From a virus, in the IMG/VR virus record IMGVR_UViG_3300027754_005796, positions 108,834 through 172,833 of that record: a stretch of 64,000 nt of DNA. The stretch is one strand, 5' to 3'. A program made the position numbers and the translations under genes. Below the pieces are notes generated by a model. That model was given only the letters and a program-made list of their open reading frames with translations. It did no database searches and was not told the DNA's origin. This document shows positions 48,321-57,644 of the stretch, piece by piece (within the stretch, counting starts at the first letter, position 1; each line of letters starts with the position of its first letter).

Positions 48321-49217
48321 CTACTGGGCATATTCCGTGAGTAGACGGCAAACTGCAAGTTCTTTGGCTTTTGCCTCTAATTCTACCGTGAGTTTGCGAC
48401 CTTTCCAGCACTCGGGGAAATCACTCTGGGAAATATAGTCATGGTGTTGATTTTCATTTTCACCACCCCAACCATTTTTTGGACTGGAAAGATGGAAAAG
48501 CGGTTCTCTTCCGTCCCAAGTTTCGCAAGCCAAATCTGTTGCCTCAGCGATTGTGTAGCTGTCGCTGTTGCAGCGGTGATGGTGTGCGTCGTAGACCAAT
48601 GGAACGCCCACGGTTTCGCACAGTTCAAACAGGTCATGCGGAGTGTAAGTAGTGTCATCATTTTCCACGGTCAAAAGGCTACGCACCTTGGGACTCAGAC
48701 GGTAAAAATTCGCTGCAAAATCAATCAGAGCTTGCTTTTTGTTGCCAAAGGCACCGCCCCCATGAATGTTGATGACATCAGCGTTGACCCATTCGGCAAC
48801 CATCCCTTGGTACTCAAGTTCTGCAATTGATTTGCGAACTGTTTCAGGATTCTTACTGTTTAACACCACAAACTGGTCAGGGTGAAAACAGGTACGAATA
48901 TTATTTTCTGCTGCATATCGCCCACACGCTTTGAAGTCGGAAATTATTTTCTCGTGTTCGGGTAGTTGCTCAATTTTATATCCTGCCTTGTCGTGCGTGT
49001 ATATCGGTAGTATATGACTGTTGATACGGAAGCAACCTATGCCCTTGGCCTTGCAGTATTGCAGGGCTTGCATAAGCGAATTTGCGTTGGTTTGGCAGAG
49101 ATTCGATAACTTTTGAATTGCTGTTGACCGTTCCAGTTTCAATATATGCGTGACAGTCGTTGTTACAAACTTGATGGGTTCTTCAGCAAAAGTACAACAT
49201 AGTCCAAATCTTATCAT
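48321..49217 (-). CDS. uvsE: UV DNA damage endonuclease
   Basis: FRI.S, HPDQFVVL.S, NIHGGG, ENDD, D.HHH, HLSS, H.DY, EAKAKE. Confidence 0.95.
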   Translation of the reverse strand: MIRFGLCCTFAEEPIKFVTTTVTHILKLERSTAIQKLSNLCQTNANSLMQALQYCKAKGIGCFRINSHILPIYTHDKAGYKIEQLPEHEKIISDFKACGRYAAENNIRTCFHPDQFVVLNSKNPETVRKSIAELEYQGMVAEWVNADVINIHGGGAFGNKKQALIDFAANFYRLSPKVRSLLTVENDDTTYTPHDLFELCETVGVPLVYDAHHHRCNSDSYTIAEATDLACETWDGREPLFHLSSPKNGWGGENENQHHDYISQSDFPECWKGRKLTVELEAKAKELAVCRLLTEYAQ

Positions 49218-49242
49218 GATCGCCTCCAATGCGTCTCCGAAA

Positions 49243-49273
49243 GCTCCAACCGCATCGATAGGTGCGGTTGGAG
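49243..49273 (-). terminator. Strong hairpin after sigma gene
   Basis: GCTCCAACCGCATC-GATA-GGTGCGGTTGGAGC. Confidence 0.65.
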
Positions 49274-49282
49274 CGGAGTAGG

Positions 49283-50260
49283 TTACTCTTTTTCACGCAG
49301 CCTTTCAATCGCCCTTTGGACTTTTTCTCTGGCTGTGCGATGAATTTGAGACACCCGCATACGACTAAATGGTCTACCATCAGCCGTATGGTACTTGTCA
49401 CCAACATCTTTTTGGAACCCGTGATAGGGGTCCATGCTGGTAATGATTAGATCAAGCTCCATTTGCGACAGATTGGCAGCTTTAAATGTCTTGGACAGGA
49501 ACTCGTTACTTGCAGCCAATTCGCTGGGATCGCCCACAACGCTCCGAACTGTGGTTGCGGGAGCATTTTCGATCCAGCTTGCCTCTGACTCTGGCGAATG
49601 GCTGGTTTCGGTGGTGACCTGCACTAAAGAAGCACTCAGATTTTTAATCTGCTTTTTGGTGAGCTTGAGGTGTTTGACAATTTCCTCAAATGGTTTGTCA
49701 GCACCGAGTTTAGCAAGAGCTTTTCGGTAAATGCTTACCAATCGAATGCTTTCGTTCGTGTGATGAGACAGCAAGGAGCCTTGTTCGTTGGTCACACGAT
49801 TCAACCGATTGAAAATACTGTGAAACAGGTAGGTGGTCAAATTGGCAGCACCGTCATGTTTCCAGCGATAGATTGCCTCAACGATCTGAAAGAGAGCCTC
49901 TTGACTGTAATCCTCGACCGCTAGGCCACGGTGTGCATTCCTTTTCGCATACTTGTTGGCGAAAAAGTATGCCATTTGGGTGTAGCCCTCCATGATGGTC
50001 TGTTCTACATTTCGACCATCAAGATCGGCCTGAACTTCCAAAACCTTACGAATCGTGTTACAGTCTTTTCTGAACTCATCTTGCAATGGGTTTGGGAGAA
50101 TTTTGGCGAGTTCTTCTGGGTTATGGAATGCGCTCTGCCGAAACTGGCGAAATTTCAATTTCGGAAAATGAGATTCCCATTTCGTCAGCAGGGTGTTAGT
50201 GGTTTTGATAATGCTAACGCAGATCTCTCTGTGCTCATGGGACAGATTGTGCTGATGCAT
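49283..50260 (-). CDS. Divergent sigma-70-family factor
   Basis: ED..QEA......AI..W.......TTY; region 4 SRMRVSQI...A..K. Confidence 0.78.
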   Translation of the reverse strand: MHQHNLSHEHREICVSIIKTTNTLLTKWESHFPKLKFRQFRQSAFHNPEELAKILPNPLQDEFRKDCNTIRKVLEVQADLDGRNVEQTIMEGYTQMAYFFANKYAKRNAHRGLAVEDYSQEALFQIVEAIYRWKHDGAANLTTYLFHSIFNRLNRVTNEQGSLLSHHTNESIRLVSIYRKALAKLGADKPFEEIVKHLKLTKKQIKNLSASLVQVTTETSHSPESEASWIENAPATTVRSVVGDPSELAASNEFLSKTFKAANLSQMELDLIITSMDPYHGFQKDVGDKYHTADGRPFSRMRVSQIHRTAREKVQRAIERLREKE

Positions 50261-50316
50261 GGTTTTTGCTCCTGCGGTTAAGCCCTATGATAGGCAAAAA
50301 AAACGAAAGCCAGACA

Positions 50317-50351
50317 AGACATACAGGAAGTTTCGTGTGATAAATACAAAA
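50317..50351 (-). promoter_or_regulatory. Conserved 35-bp upstream motif, copy 3
   Basis: TTTTGTATTT-N5-ACGAAACTTCCTGTATGTCT. Confidence 0.7.
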
Positions 50352-50670
50352 ACATTCAGGATTTTTTTTAAAAAGTTCTTTTTTTAGAAGCAAGTCATTG
50401 ATCCAAAAGGACTTAGATCAAGGAGAAATCTTTTGTGAAAGGCATTAATCATAGGCAATTGTTGTCTAATTGGGATGCAATCCTGTGGAAACTGTGTGAG
50501 GAATGCACTCCTTATGACTGTTTAGGACAGATTAAATTCTATCTCGAATCGAGTGCTAAAACCGCTTGTTCTAGTGGCGTACATTTCCCAAATTAACAAG
50601 GCTATTAAGCTTATAGATGAAGCTATGAAGTGCATCGATCCTGAATCATAATTTTTTGGAGCGATATCAT

Positions 50671-51129
50671 ATGGAAAATTTAGATTTTCCTCAGCCCACT
50701 AAAATAGTGGTGCGAAAATCTGCTGTTCACGGCTCGGGAGTTTTTGCAACAGCCGACATTGAAGCTGGTGAGTTAGTCGAACGGTGCCCTATGGTTGCCT
50801 TGGAATTTCGCTCCAAGTACCACAAGGATTCCAAGCTTTTTGAATACCTTTACCTCTGTAGCGAACAACTGGCAGAGTATGAGCAGAACGGCGTGACCAT
50901 GTGTATGGTGCTGGGCTACGGGATGATTTACAACCATCAAGACAAACCCAACGCCAATTGGAAATTCAACTGGTCTCAAAATTATGCAGATTTAATCGCA
51001 CAGAGGCCAATCGTGAAGGGTGATGAAATATTCACCTATTATGGCCAATATTATTTCAACACACGAACTAAAATTCAGCATCATCCTGACACCAAGGTTT
51101 TTACTCGTCCAATCTTCAAAAAAAAATGA
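50671..51129 (+). CDS. SET domain protein
   Basis: S.VHG.GVFA...I..GE, YNH...PNA, R.I..GDEI...YG. Confidence 0.92.
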   Translation: MENLDFPQPTKIVVRKSAVHGSGVFATADIEAGELVERCPMVALEFRSKYHKDSKLFEYLYLCSEQLAEYEQNGVTMCMVLGYGMIYNHQDKPNANWKFNWSQNYADLIAQRPIVKGDEIFTYYGQYYFNTRTKIQHHPDTKVFTRPIFKKK

Positions 51130-51261
51130 TGCCGTGAATATGGCATGAGAATAATGCTGTTGTTATTCCCGCAGACCACTAGGGCTGCTCAAAATATTTA
51201 CAGGCAGAATTTTTTGTTTTCAAATCCCTAGATAAATTAATTGTATATTCTAGGGGATATT

Positions 51262-52314
51262 ATGAAAAGTTTTTTTGAGTTTTACCAACAAATTATTGAC
51301 GAAAGTCAAACTCATGGAATTGATGATCCCATACCTTTGAGTGCAGTTGAAAAAAACAAAGAATTAGCTCAAGCTGCTGCTACTGGCGGTCAAGCTGATG
51401 GCAATCCCACAGATGATGTGATTAAAGCTGTGGAGGCAAAAAATACTGGAACGCCTAGTGTATTAAAACCAACTCAGAGTCAGTTGGTGTCTACAAAAGC
51501 ATTGGGCATGGCTTTTTCCTTTTTAAAAGGGACGATGGACCTTGTTAATATGAGAGCTATAGTTTCACAAGATGATGCAATTATGGATGGACATCATAGA
51601 TGGGGCGCTGCTCTCATGGTCAATCCGAATATGGAGATTGTGACGACTAAAATAAATTTACCATTAGAAAAACTCATTAGTATTTTGAACATTTATACTG
51701 CTGGGAAACTAGGACTTAAAGGAAACAATGCAAAAGGCGAGAGTATTGCAACGGCATTTAATAATGCAGCAGATTTAATACCGAAGTATTTCCAAGAAGG
51801 ATTTAGTAATAATGAAACTACTTTTACTCCGCAAGATGTTGCGAACTGTTTGGCTAAAATTCCCGGTGCTAATGGCGATCCACAGGAAGGCATGAAGATC
51901 ATGGTTGGGAATGCCCAAAAAGCAGCCAAAAATAATTCAACATCCGCTACAGGGTTGGCTAGAATTGATATGCCGGTTATTCCTGAAGATAAAATTGCAG
52001 AATTAGTCAAGGATTTAAGTTCGGGAAATGTTGATCATATAACCCCCCTGAGTCAGGCCGTTCTTGCTGCTGTTAAAAAACATCAGAGCGGAAGTGAATT
52101 GCCAACTCCCGGTACTCCAGCAAAACCCGGCGCTCCAGCAGTACCCGGCGCTCCAGCAGTACCAAAGCCTTTTGGCGCAGCACCTGCTGCTCCCGGCGCT
52201 CCTGTTATTCAAAATGCTTCAACAGAATACTTTGGATATAGCGTTATGGAGCAGATGATGATTCTGTCTGGGATCGTTACCTCCGAACAATTAGATCACA
52301 AAAAAGGAAGATAA
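51262..52314 (+). CDS. ParB/Srx-fold protein 1 with PGAPAV repeats
   Basis: L.PTQS, IMDGHHRW, R..MP. Confidence 0.8.
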   Translation: MKSFFEFYQQIIDESQTHGIDDPIPLSAVEKNKELAQAAATGGQADGNPTDDVIKAVEAKNTGTPSVLKPTQSQLVSTKALGMAFSFLKGTMDLVNMRAIVSQDDAIMDGHHRWGAALMVNPNMEIVTTKINLPLEKLISILNIYTAGKLGLKGNNAKGESIATAFNNAADLIPKYFQEGFSNNETTFTPQDVANCLAKIPGANGDPQEGMKIMVGNAQKAAKNNSTSATGLARIDMPVIPEDKIAELVKDLSSGNVDHITPLSQAVLAAVKKHQSGSELPTPGTPAKPGAPAVPGAPAVPKPFGAAPAAPGAPVIQNASTEYFGYSVMEQMMILSGIVTSEQLDHKKGR

Positions 52315-53391
52315 ATGAAAAGTTTTTTTGAGTTTTATCAACACATTAAAGAATTCACAGGAGTGCCCACCCCCGGAGCTCCTGCCGTCCCCGGAGCTCC
52401 TGCCGTCCCCGGAGCTCCTGCCGTCCCCGGAGCTCCTGCCGTCCCCGGAGCTCCTGCCGTCCCCGGAGCTCCTGCTGCCGGTGCTCCCGGCGCTGCTGCC
52501 ACCGCTCCCGGCGCACTACCTGCTAATCCAAAGGAACAACAGTTTGCCGTCGATAATTTTATCCAAGAGATTAAAACGATGATGGGTCAAACTGTGAATC
52601 TAGGAAACTTTGTTAAAAAGTTGAAACAATATATTGGCAAAGAAGACTTTGTCAAAGCTTTGGAGACAAGCGGTCCCGAAGACATATTGGGAGTTGAGAA
52701 AAACAAAGCTATAAGCGTGGCTAAATTAATTCCAACACAAAGTGAAATTTTTCTTGAGAAATCACTTGATAATGGTCTTTTAAACAAATTTGGAAATCTT
52801 GATAAGTTGCTTGCGGGTGACCCCAAAGCAATTTCCGGTGCTGTAATTGTTGCACAGGTTGGAGATAGATACCATATTATTGATGGGCACCATAGATGGT
52901 CACAGTATATCAGTTTCAACAAAGGTGGCCAAGCAAATTGCCATGTTATTTCTGGTTTGAAAACTGCTCTTGAGACTTTGAAAGCTACGCACTTGGCAAT
53001 AGCATTAGTTCTTAAAGATGTGCCTCTCGAAGAAGACAAGGGTACAAATATTTTGACTATGGAAGACAATGCCATCAAGAGTTATGCAGTACAAAAAATT
53101 GACGCTGGTGGTATTTTGCCTGTATTTCAACAAAGCGTGACTTCTCAGCCGATGAATTCCAGCGATGATGCAGGCAACTACATCGTAGGTAACACCCAAG
53201 CTATGAAAGACCAAGCTGGCCAAGCTGCCTCTAAAGAAGAAAGAAATGTGATGCCTCAAACCGGCAAGGCTTCAGGATTTGTAGACGATTTAAGTGCTGG
53301 AAAAGTGAATGTTAAGTTTGATCATCTTGTTTTGGCTGGAGTTCTTACTATTGAACAATATTACGCTATGCCAAGTAAAAAGAAGAAATGA
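52315..53391 (+). CDS. ParB/Srx-fold protein 2 with PGAPAV repeats
   Basis: L.PTQSEI, IIDGHHRWSQ, R..MPQ. Confidence 0.8.
   Translation: MKSFFEFYQHIKEFTGVPTPGAPAVPGAPAVPGAPAVPGAPAVPGAPAVPGAPAAGAPGAAATAPGALPANPKEQQFAVDNFIQEIKTMMGQTVNLGNFVKKLKQYIGKEDFVKALETSGPEDILGVEKNKAISVAKLIPTQSEIFLEKSLDNGLLNKFGNLDKLLAGDPKAISGAVIVAQVGDRYHIIDGHHRWSQYISFNKGGQANCHVISGLKTALETLKATHLAIALVLKDVPLEEDKGTNILTMEDNAIKSYAVQKIDAGGILPVFQQSVTSQPMNSSDDAGNYIVGNTQAMKDQAGQAASKEERNVMPQTGKASGFVDDLSAGKVNVKFDHLVLAGVLTIEQYYAMPSKKKK
52371..52475 (+). repeat. 18-bp perfect tandem repeat x5.8 (PGAPAV)
   Basis: CCCCGGAGCTCCTGCCGT units. Confidence 0.95.
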
Positions 53392-53900
53392 AAACATTCC
53401 AGCAATGGCTCGAAGCTATAGCTCATTTGGCTCATGCCAACTATGACGATGTCTACAGAATAAAAAGGTCTTCTGACGACAATATCAATGCGGTCATGGC
53501 CGTTTTAAAGCCATTTGTGGACCCGAGCAGTCATGAAATTTTGGGTCATGGTCTTAGAAGTCAAGATGATGTAGAGAGAGTTTTCAAGCTCGGTTTACAG
53601 GCTCCAAATCAAATATTTCATCGACTCGTTATGACTGTTTTCGAGTCTGGTGCGCCTTTGGAGCATCAACCTAGAGAAGCATTTGATGGATTGCTTCAAT
53701 GGCCTTTCGCACGCAGACAACACATAGTCTTGATTGCTGCTCCACAAGGGAATCCAGATTCGATTTGGAGACCGATTCGTGATGATGAAGAAAAGTCCTA
53801 TTTGGCAACAGCACTTGGCGGTGTGAAAGTTGCAATTGATCCCGAGCATATACTTGGGGTGTTTGATGCACAAAACATTAGGTTTACTCCAAATGCCTAA
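53388..53900 (+). CDS. Hypothetical protein
   Basis: MKTFQQWLE start; ATGA-coupled. Confidence 0.75.
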   Translation: MKTFQQWLEAIAHLAHANYDDVYRIKRSSDDNINAVMAVLKPFVDPSSHEILGHGLRSQDDVERVFKLGLQAPNQIFHRLVMTVFESGAPLEHQPREAFDGLLQWPFARRQHIVLIAAPQGNPDSIWRPIRDDEEKSYLATALGGVKVAIDPEHILGVFDAQNIRFTPNA

Positions 53901-53901
53901 A

Positions 53902-54072
53902 ATGAAAACACTCCAAATGGCTCGAAGCTATAGCTCATTTGGTTCATGCCAACTATGACGATGTCTACAGAATAAAAAGGTCCTTTGACGACAAGATCAA
54001 TTCCGTCATGACCGTTTTAAAACCCGAGCAGTCATGAAATTTTGGGTCATGGTCTTAGAAGTCAAGATGATG
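53902..54072 (+). pseudogene. Degenerate tandem copy of the 5' ~185 bp of 53388..53900
   Basis: Near-identical sequence with 2-bp and 11-bp deletions and substitutions. Confidence 0.9.
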
Positions 54073-54305
54073 GCGACAGCTTACTAAAAGTAATATCCTG
54101 ATAGTTTTTTGGTGCTGGACATTTGTGATGCAGTATGCTGATGTAGTGCTGATTGATCTTCGCTTAGGCATTATTCAACTCATTGGATTATAGTTCAATG
54201 ATACTTAAAACGAATAGTATAGTTTAAAATATACATGCTTGGCCATGTCTTTTTATATTCATTTTGCTATTCATTTTGCTTAAATTTCTCTGATTTTTAA
54301 GTAAA

Positions 54306-54356
54306 AAAGCTATTCGTAAAGCTATTCGTAAAGCTATTCGTAAAGCTATTCGTAAA
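54306..54356 (+). repeat. 12-bp tandem repeat AAAGCTATTCGT x4
   Basis: Directly visible; lies in a decayed Trp/Ser cassette. Confidence 0.95.
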
Positions 54357-54427
54357 GGTATTCTTTAGAACGATTCTATGTCTAATTATATGTCTAGGTC
54401 TAGCTCAACTAATTGGAGCAATAATCA

Positions 54428-54649
54428 ATGAACATTAAAACAAATTCATATAGCAACAACAATTGTTTTGGATTTAATAATCCAAAATCTCTATGCTGGT
54501 CCATGTCTAGGTATATGTCTAGGTCTTGGTCTGAGCGTTGGTCTTGGTCTTGGTCTGAGCGTTGGTCTATGTCTTGGTCTTGGTCTTGGTCTGAGCCTAT
54601 GTCTTGGTCTTGGTCTTATTGGTCAAAACATTGGAGTACAGGACAATGA
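54428..54649 (+). CDS. Trp/Ser-repeat microprotein cassette B1 (MNIKTNS...)
   Basis: GGAG SD, ATGA junctions, TCTTGG repeats; paralogue of 19821..20003. Confidence 0.7.
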   Translation: MNIKTNSYSNNNCFGFNNPKSLCWSMSRYMSRSWSERWSWSWSERWSMSWSWSWSEPMSWSWSYWSKHWSTGQ

Positions 54650-54684
54650 TCCTTAAAATGAATTCCACTAGAAGGAGACATCTT

Positions 54685-55221
54685 ATGATTCGACGCATTT
54701 GTTTGTTTGGTGCTCCCGGCGCAGGGAAAACAGTTTTAACACATGAATTATTTGTTCATTATAAAAAGCAAGGTAGAAATTGCGAGATTGTTAACGAGTT
54801 GGCACGGGAATGGGCCTATTTGGATCGTCCTATTCAGAGTATGGATCAAATTTATTTGTTTGGAACGCAATTAAACAGAGAAGACAGTTTACTGTCCAGA
54901 AATAAAGTTGACTTCGTCATCTCTGATTCTCCTGTGCTTCTGAACTCATATTATGGAGTCAAAAAAGACGGGGATTTATTTCACAGTTATTTTCAGATGT
55001 ATATGGCTTTCGAGAAGAAGTTCCCAAGTATAAATATTTTTTGTATGAATAATCCTAATTATCTTTTTCACACAGAAGGAAGATTCCATACTCGTGATGA
55101 CGCTGACAACATCAGTCGTGAGATGATTAATTATATGAAAATAAGCAGAGTAGAATATCATGTGCTTCCAAACGAGGGTCGTTTGGAAGCAGCGGTGAAA
55201 ATGTTGGAAGGGAAGATTTAG
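54685..55221 (+). CDS. NadR/AAA_28-like P-loop kinase
   Basis: GAPGAGKT, E.ARE, Q..RE, ISDSP, GR. Confidence 0.85.
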   Translation: MIRRICLFGAPGAGKTVLTHELFVHYKKQGRNCEIVNELAREWAYLDRPIQSMDQIYLFGTQLNREDSLLSRNKVDFVISDSPVLLNSYYGVKKDGDLFHSYFQMYMAFEKKFPSINIFCMNNPNYLFHTEGRFHTRDDADNISREMINYMKISRVEYHVLPNEGRLEAAVKMLEGKI

Positions 55222-55508
55222 TCAAAAAGATTGCGAACACCATTTTCGTCAGTCTGCCCAATATGTTTTTTGATTGGACTCCCATTTTCAAACAAGACTA
55301 GAGCAGGGATGCTTGCTATTCCGTATTTAACGCAAAGATTGCTGTTCTCATCAACATTCACGCCTACGATTTTCTTATCGTTGATGCCTTCAATAATAGC
55401 TTTAAGCTTCAAGCATGGTCCACACCAACTGGCCCAAAAATCCACTAGCACTTGGCCTTGGTAGTTGAGGACTTCGTTCTCGAATTGATGTTCAGATATC
55501 TGCTTCAT
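55218..55508 (-). CDS. trxA: Thioredoxin
   Basis: VDFWASWCGPC, VNVDE, SIP. Confidence 0.95.
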   Translation of the reverse strand: MKQISEHQFENEVLNYQGQVLVDFWASWCGPCLKLKAIIEGINDKKIVGVNVDENSNLCVKYGIASIPALVLFENGSPIKKHIGQTDENGVRNLFD

Positions 55509-55567
55509 AGTAATTCTCCAAAAAATATATGGTTTTACAATTCAAAAAAACAGGTTAAAGTGTCTAC

Positions 55568-55918
55568 ATGAAAAAGAGTAAGGAAATGGTTTTTGAAGGC
55601 GTGTCCATTAAGGTGGAGTCATTTTCCCAGCTTATAAGGTTTTCTTTTGGTGAAAAAGACACTTTCGGTGTCATGGTCACCAGAGAAAACGGAGTTGCTT
55701 GGCATGTTTATGGAGACGATGGAAAGAAGCTGGGTACAAATATCGCTGTGCAATTTTCCGATGAAGAGCAAGAAAATCATGCTTTTTGCGTGTGGGCTTT
55801 AAATGTTCTTAAAGCTGATAAGTCCGAACACCAAAGGCTTAAAAACCAAGGATTTCACATAAGCAAGCTTCGATCATTGGACGACGATTGGGAAGCGTCA
55901 TCTTATGACTCTATATAG
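55568..55918 (+). CDS. Hypothetical protein
   Basis: 116 aa ORF. Confidence 0.7.
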   Translation: MKKSKEMVFEGVSIKVESFSQLIRFSFGEKDTFGVMVTRENGVAWHVYGDDGKKLGTNIAVQFSDEEQENHAFCVWALNVLKADKSEHQRLKNQGFHISKLRSLDDDWEASSYDSI

Positions 55919-55921
55919 GTC

Positions 55922-56362
55922 ATGTTTTCTCTTGATGAAAAAGACGGCACTTTTACTTTGTTGTTCGACGGCAGTCCCGTGAACTTTACTGCAAGTAGCC
56001 GTGAAGAGCTTTATGAATTGGCCAGTTCTATTCTTCACTATCTGGAAATGATGGAGGAGCGTGGTAGCACCGCAGCTAGGTCTGGAAAATGGTCAAAAAT
56101 TCGCAACGAATTTGTGACAGAGCATCCTAAATGCGCTGCATGCAACTCTGAAAAAATGATCAATTGCCATCATATTGATCCTTTCAGCGAAAACCCAGAA
56201 AGAGAATTGGATAAAAATAATTTAATTTCTTTGTGTTTTTCATGTCACTTTATATTTGGTCACTTGAAATCTTGGATTAGCCACAACCCTAATGTGGTGC
56301 AGGATTCTGCGTGGTACAACCAAAAAATGTTGCATAGACCTCACAACAATAATTCAGAATGA
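55922..56362 (+). CDS. HNH endonuclease
   Basis: W...R..F...HP.CAAC...HHI.P....P..ELD..NL..LC..CH...GH. Confidence 0.88.
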   Translation: MFSLDEKDGTFTLLFDGSPVNFTASSREELYELASSILHYLEMMEERGSTAARSGKWSKIRNEFVTEHPKCAACNSEKMINCHHIDPFSENPERELDKNNLISLCFSCHFIFGHLKSWISHNPNVVQDSAWYNQKMLHRPHNNNSE

Positions 56363-56404
56363 TGTTATATTCATATGTTGACATCTAATTGCATGAGGTG
56401 ATTT

Positions 56405-56914
56405 ATGGGTTATACGACTGAATTTGAAGGGGCTTTCTTTTTCGACAAGCCTCTGAAAGAGCATCATGTTGAATATCTCAAGAAGTTTGCCGATACTCGG
56501 CGCATGGCTCGGAATTTCAAGAAAGCATCTATGATGGCCGACCCTTTGCGGGAGCAAGCTGAATTGCCAATAGGCACCGAAGGTGCTTTTTTTGTTGGTG
56601 GAATTGGCTTTGCTGGGCAAGAGGAAGACGATAGCATCATCGATTACAACCGTCCACCTAAGACACAGCCTAGTTTGTGGTGCAAGTGGGTAGCATCTGA
56701 TGACGGTACTCGACTGTTATGGAACGGCGCTGAGAAGTTCTATTCATACCTTGAGTGGTTGCAATATTTGATTGATACTTTCTTTGAGCCTTGGGGTTAC
56801 AATCTCAATGGCAAAGTTGAGTGGCAGGGAGAAGACCCGCATGATGTTGGAACAATCATCGTTGATGACAATAAAATTATCAACACTACGAAATTGCATC
56901 TTATGACTAAATAA
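56405..56914 (+). CDS. Conserved phage hypothetical protein (MGYTT.F.G family)
   Basis: QP.LWC.W, W.G.EKFY.Y.EWL.YLI..F, LNG.V.WQGE. Confidence 0.82.
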   Translation: MGYTTEFEGAFFFDKPLKEHHVEYLKKFADTRRMARNFKKASMMADPLREQAELPIGTEGAFFVGGIGFAGQEEDDSIIDYNRPPKTQPSLWCKWVASDDGTRLLWNGAEKFYSYLEWLQYLIDTFFEPWGYNLNGKVEWQGEDPHDVGTIIVDDNKIINTTKLHLMTK

Positions 56915-56918
56915 GTTC

Positions 56919-57644
56919 ATGCAAGGCTTTAGGCAATTTTTGATAGAGTCCGAGTTGACTCTGAAGTACCATGACGAACTGAATTCAAAAATTTGGTCGA
57001 AAGATCAGATTAAGGATGCGGTTCGTCAGCATCTTTTGAAGATTGCTGAACAATGGCGTGTCACCGCTAAAATCCCCAAGTCGGCAATCAAGGACATCCT
57101 GTTGACCGGTGGAAATGCAAACTACAATTACACCAAGTTCAGCGACTTGGATGTGCATCTATTGGTTGACAAGAAATTAATTGCTGATTGTGACAAGGAA
57201 ATCCTTGACGATTATTTGAAAGACAAAAAGTTTCTTTGGACCTTGACGCACGATATAAAAATTTACGGTTTACCAGTTGAGCTTTACGCTCAGGACATTT
57301 CAGAAAAAACTTCCAGCAATCAAGGTGTTTACAGTTTGAAAGATGATCGTTGGATAACCAAGCCCGAGAAGGAAAAAGTAAACCTTGCCGATCCGATTTT
57401 AAAGCGCAAGATTGCATCCTTGAAACACACCATCGACATGTTTATCGGTCAGAAATGCGAAGATGTGGACAAGATGAATGAGTTCAAGGAAAAGCTTAGA
57501 AAAATGCGTTCCGCTGCCATCGAGCGTGGTGGTGAGTTTAGCTTGGAGAATTTAGCTTTCAAGGAGCTCCGCAACCTTGGATACTTAGATAAATTCTCCG
57601 ATTACATCAAGCACTTTGTCAATCTAAGTCTGAGTCTGGGCTAG
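56919..57644 (+). CDS. Pol-beta-superfamily nucleotidyltransferase
   Basis: LTG.NANYN.T..SDLDVH, VELY.QD, GVYSL, GE.S.ENL.FK.LR. Confidence 0.85.
   Translation: MQGFRQFLIESELTLKYHDELNSKIWSKDQIKDAVRQHLLKIAEQWRVTAKIPKSAIKDILLTGGNANYNYTKFSDLDVHLLVDKKLIADCDKEILDDYLKDKKFLWTLTHDIKIYGLPVELYAQDISEKTSSNQGVYSLKDDRWITKPEKEKVNLADPILKRKIASLKHTIDMFIGQKCEDVDKMNEFKEKLRKMRSAAIERGGEFSLENLAFKELRNLGYLDKFSDYIKHFVNLSLSLG

Noticed and set aside
50434-50651. Small ORF with possible programmed frameshift upstream of the SET gene
   Set aside because: Two short overlapping frames with no recognisable motif or slippery site; cannot be supported
53388-54072. Gene 5' end and its nearby copy as a DGR template/variable repeat pair
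   Set aside because: Differences are not adenine-specific, include indels, lie at the 5' end, and no reverse transcriptase is in the window
54306-54356. CRISPR array or iterons
   Set aside because: Contiguous 12-bp units with no spacers; no cas or rep gene; better explained as slippage in a decayed cassette
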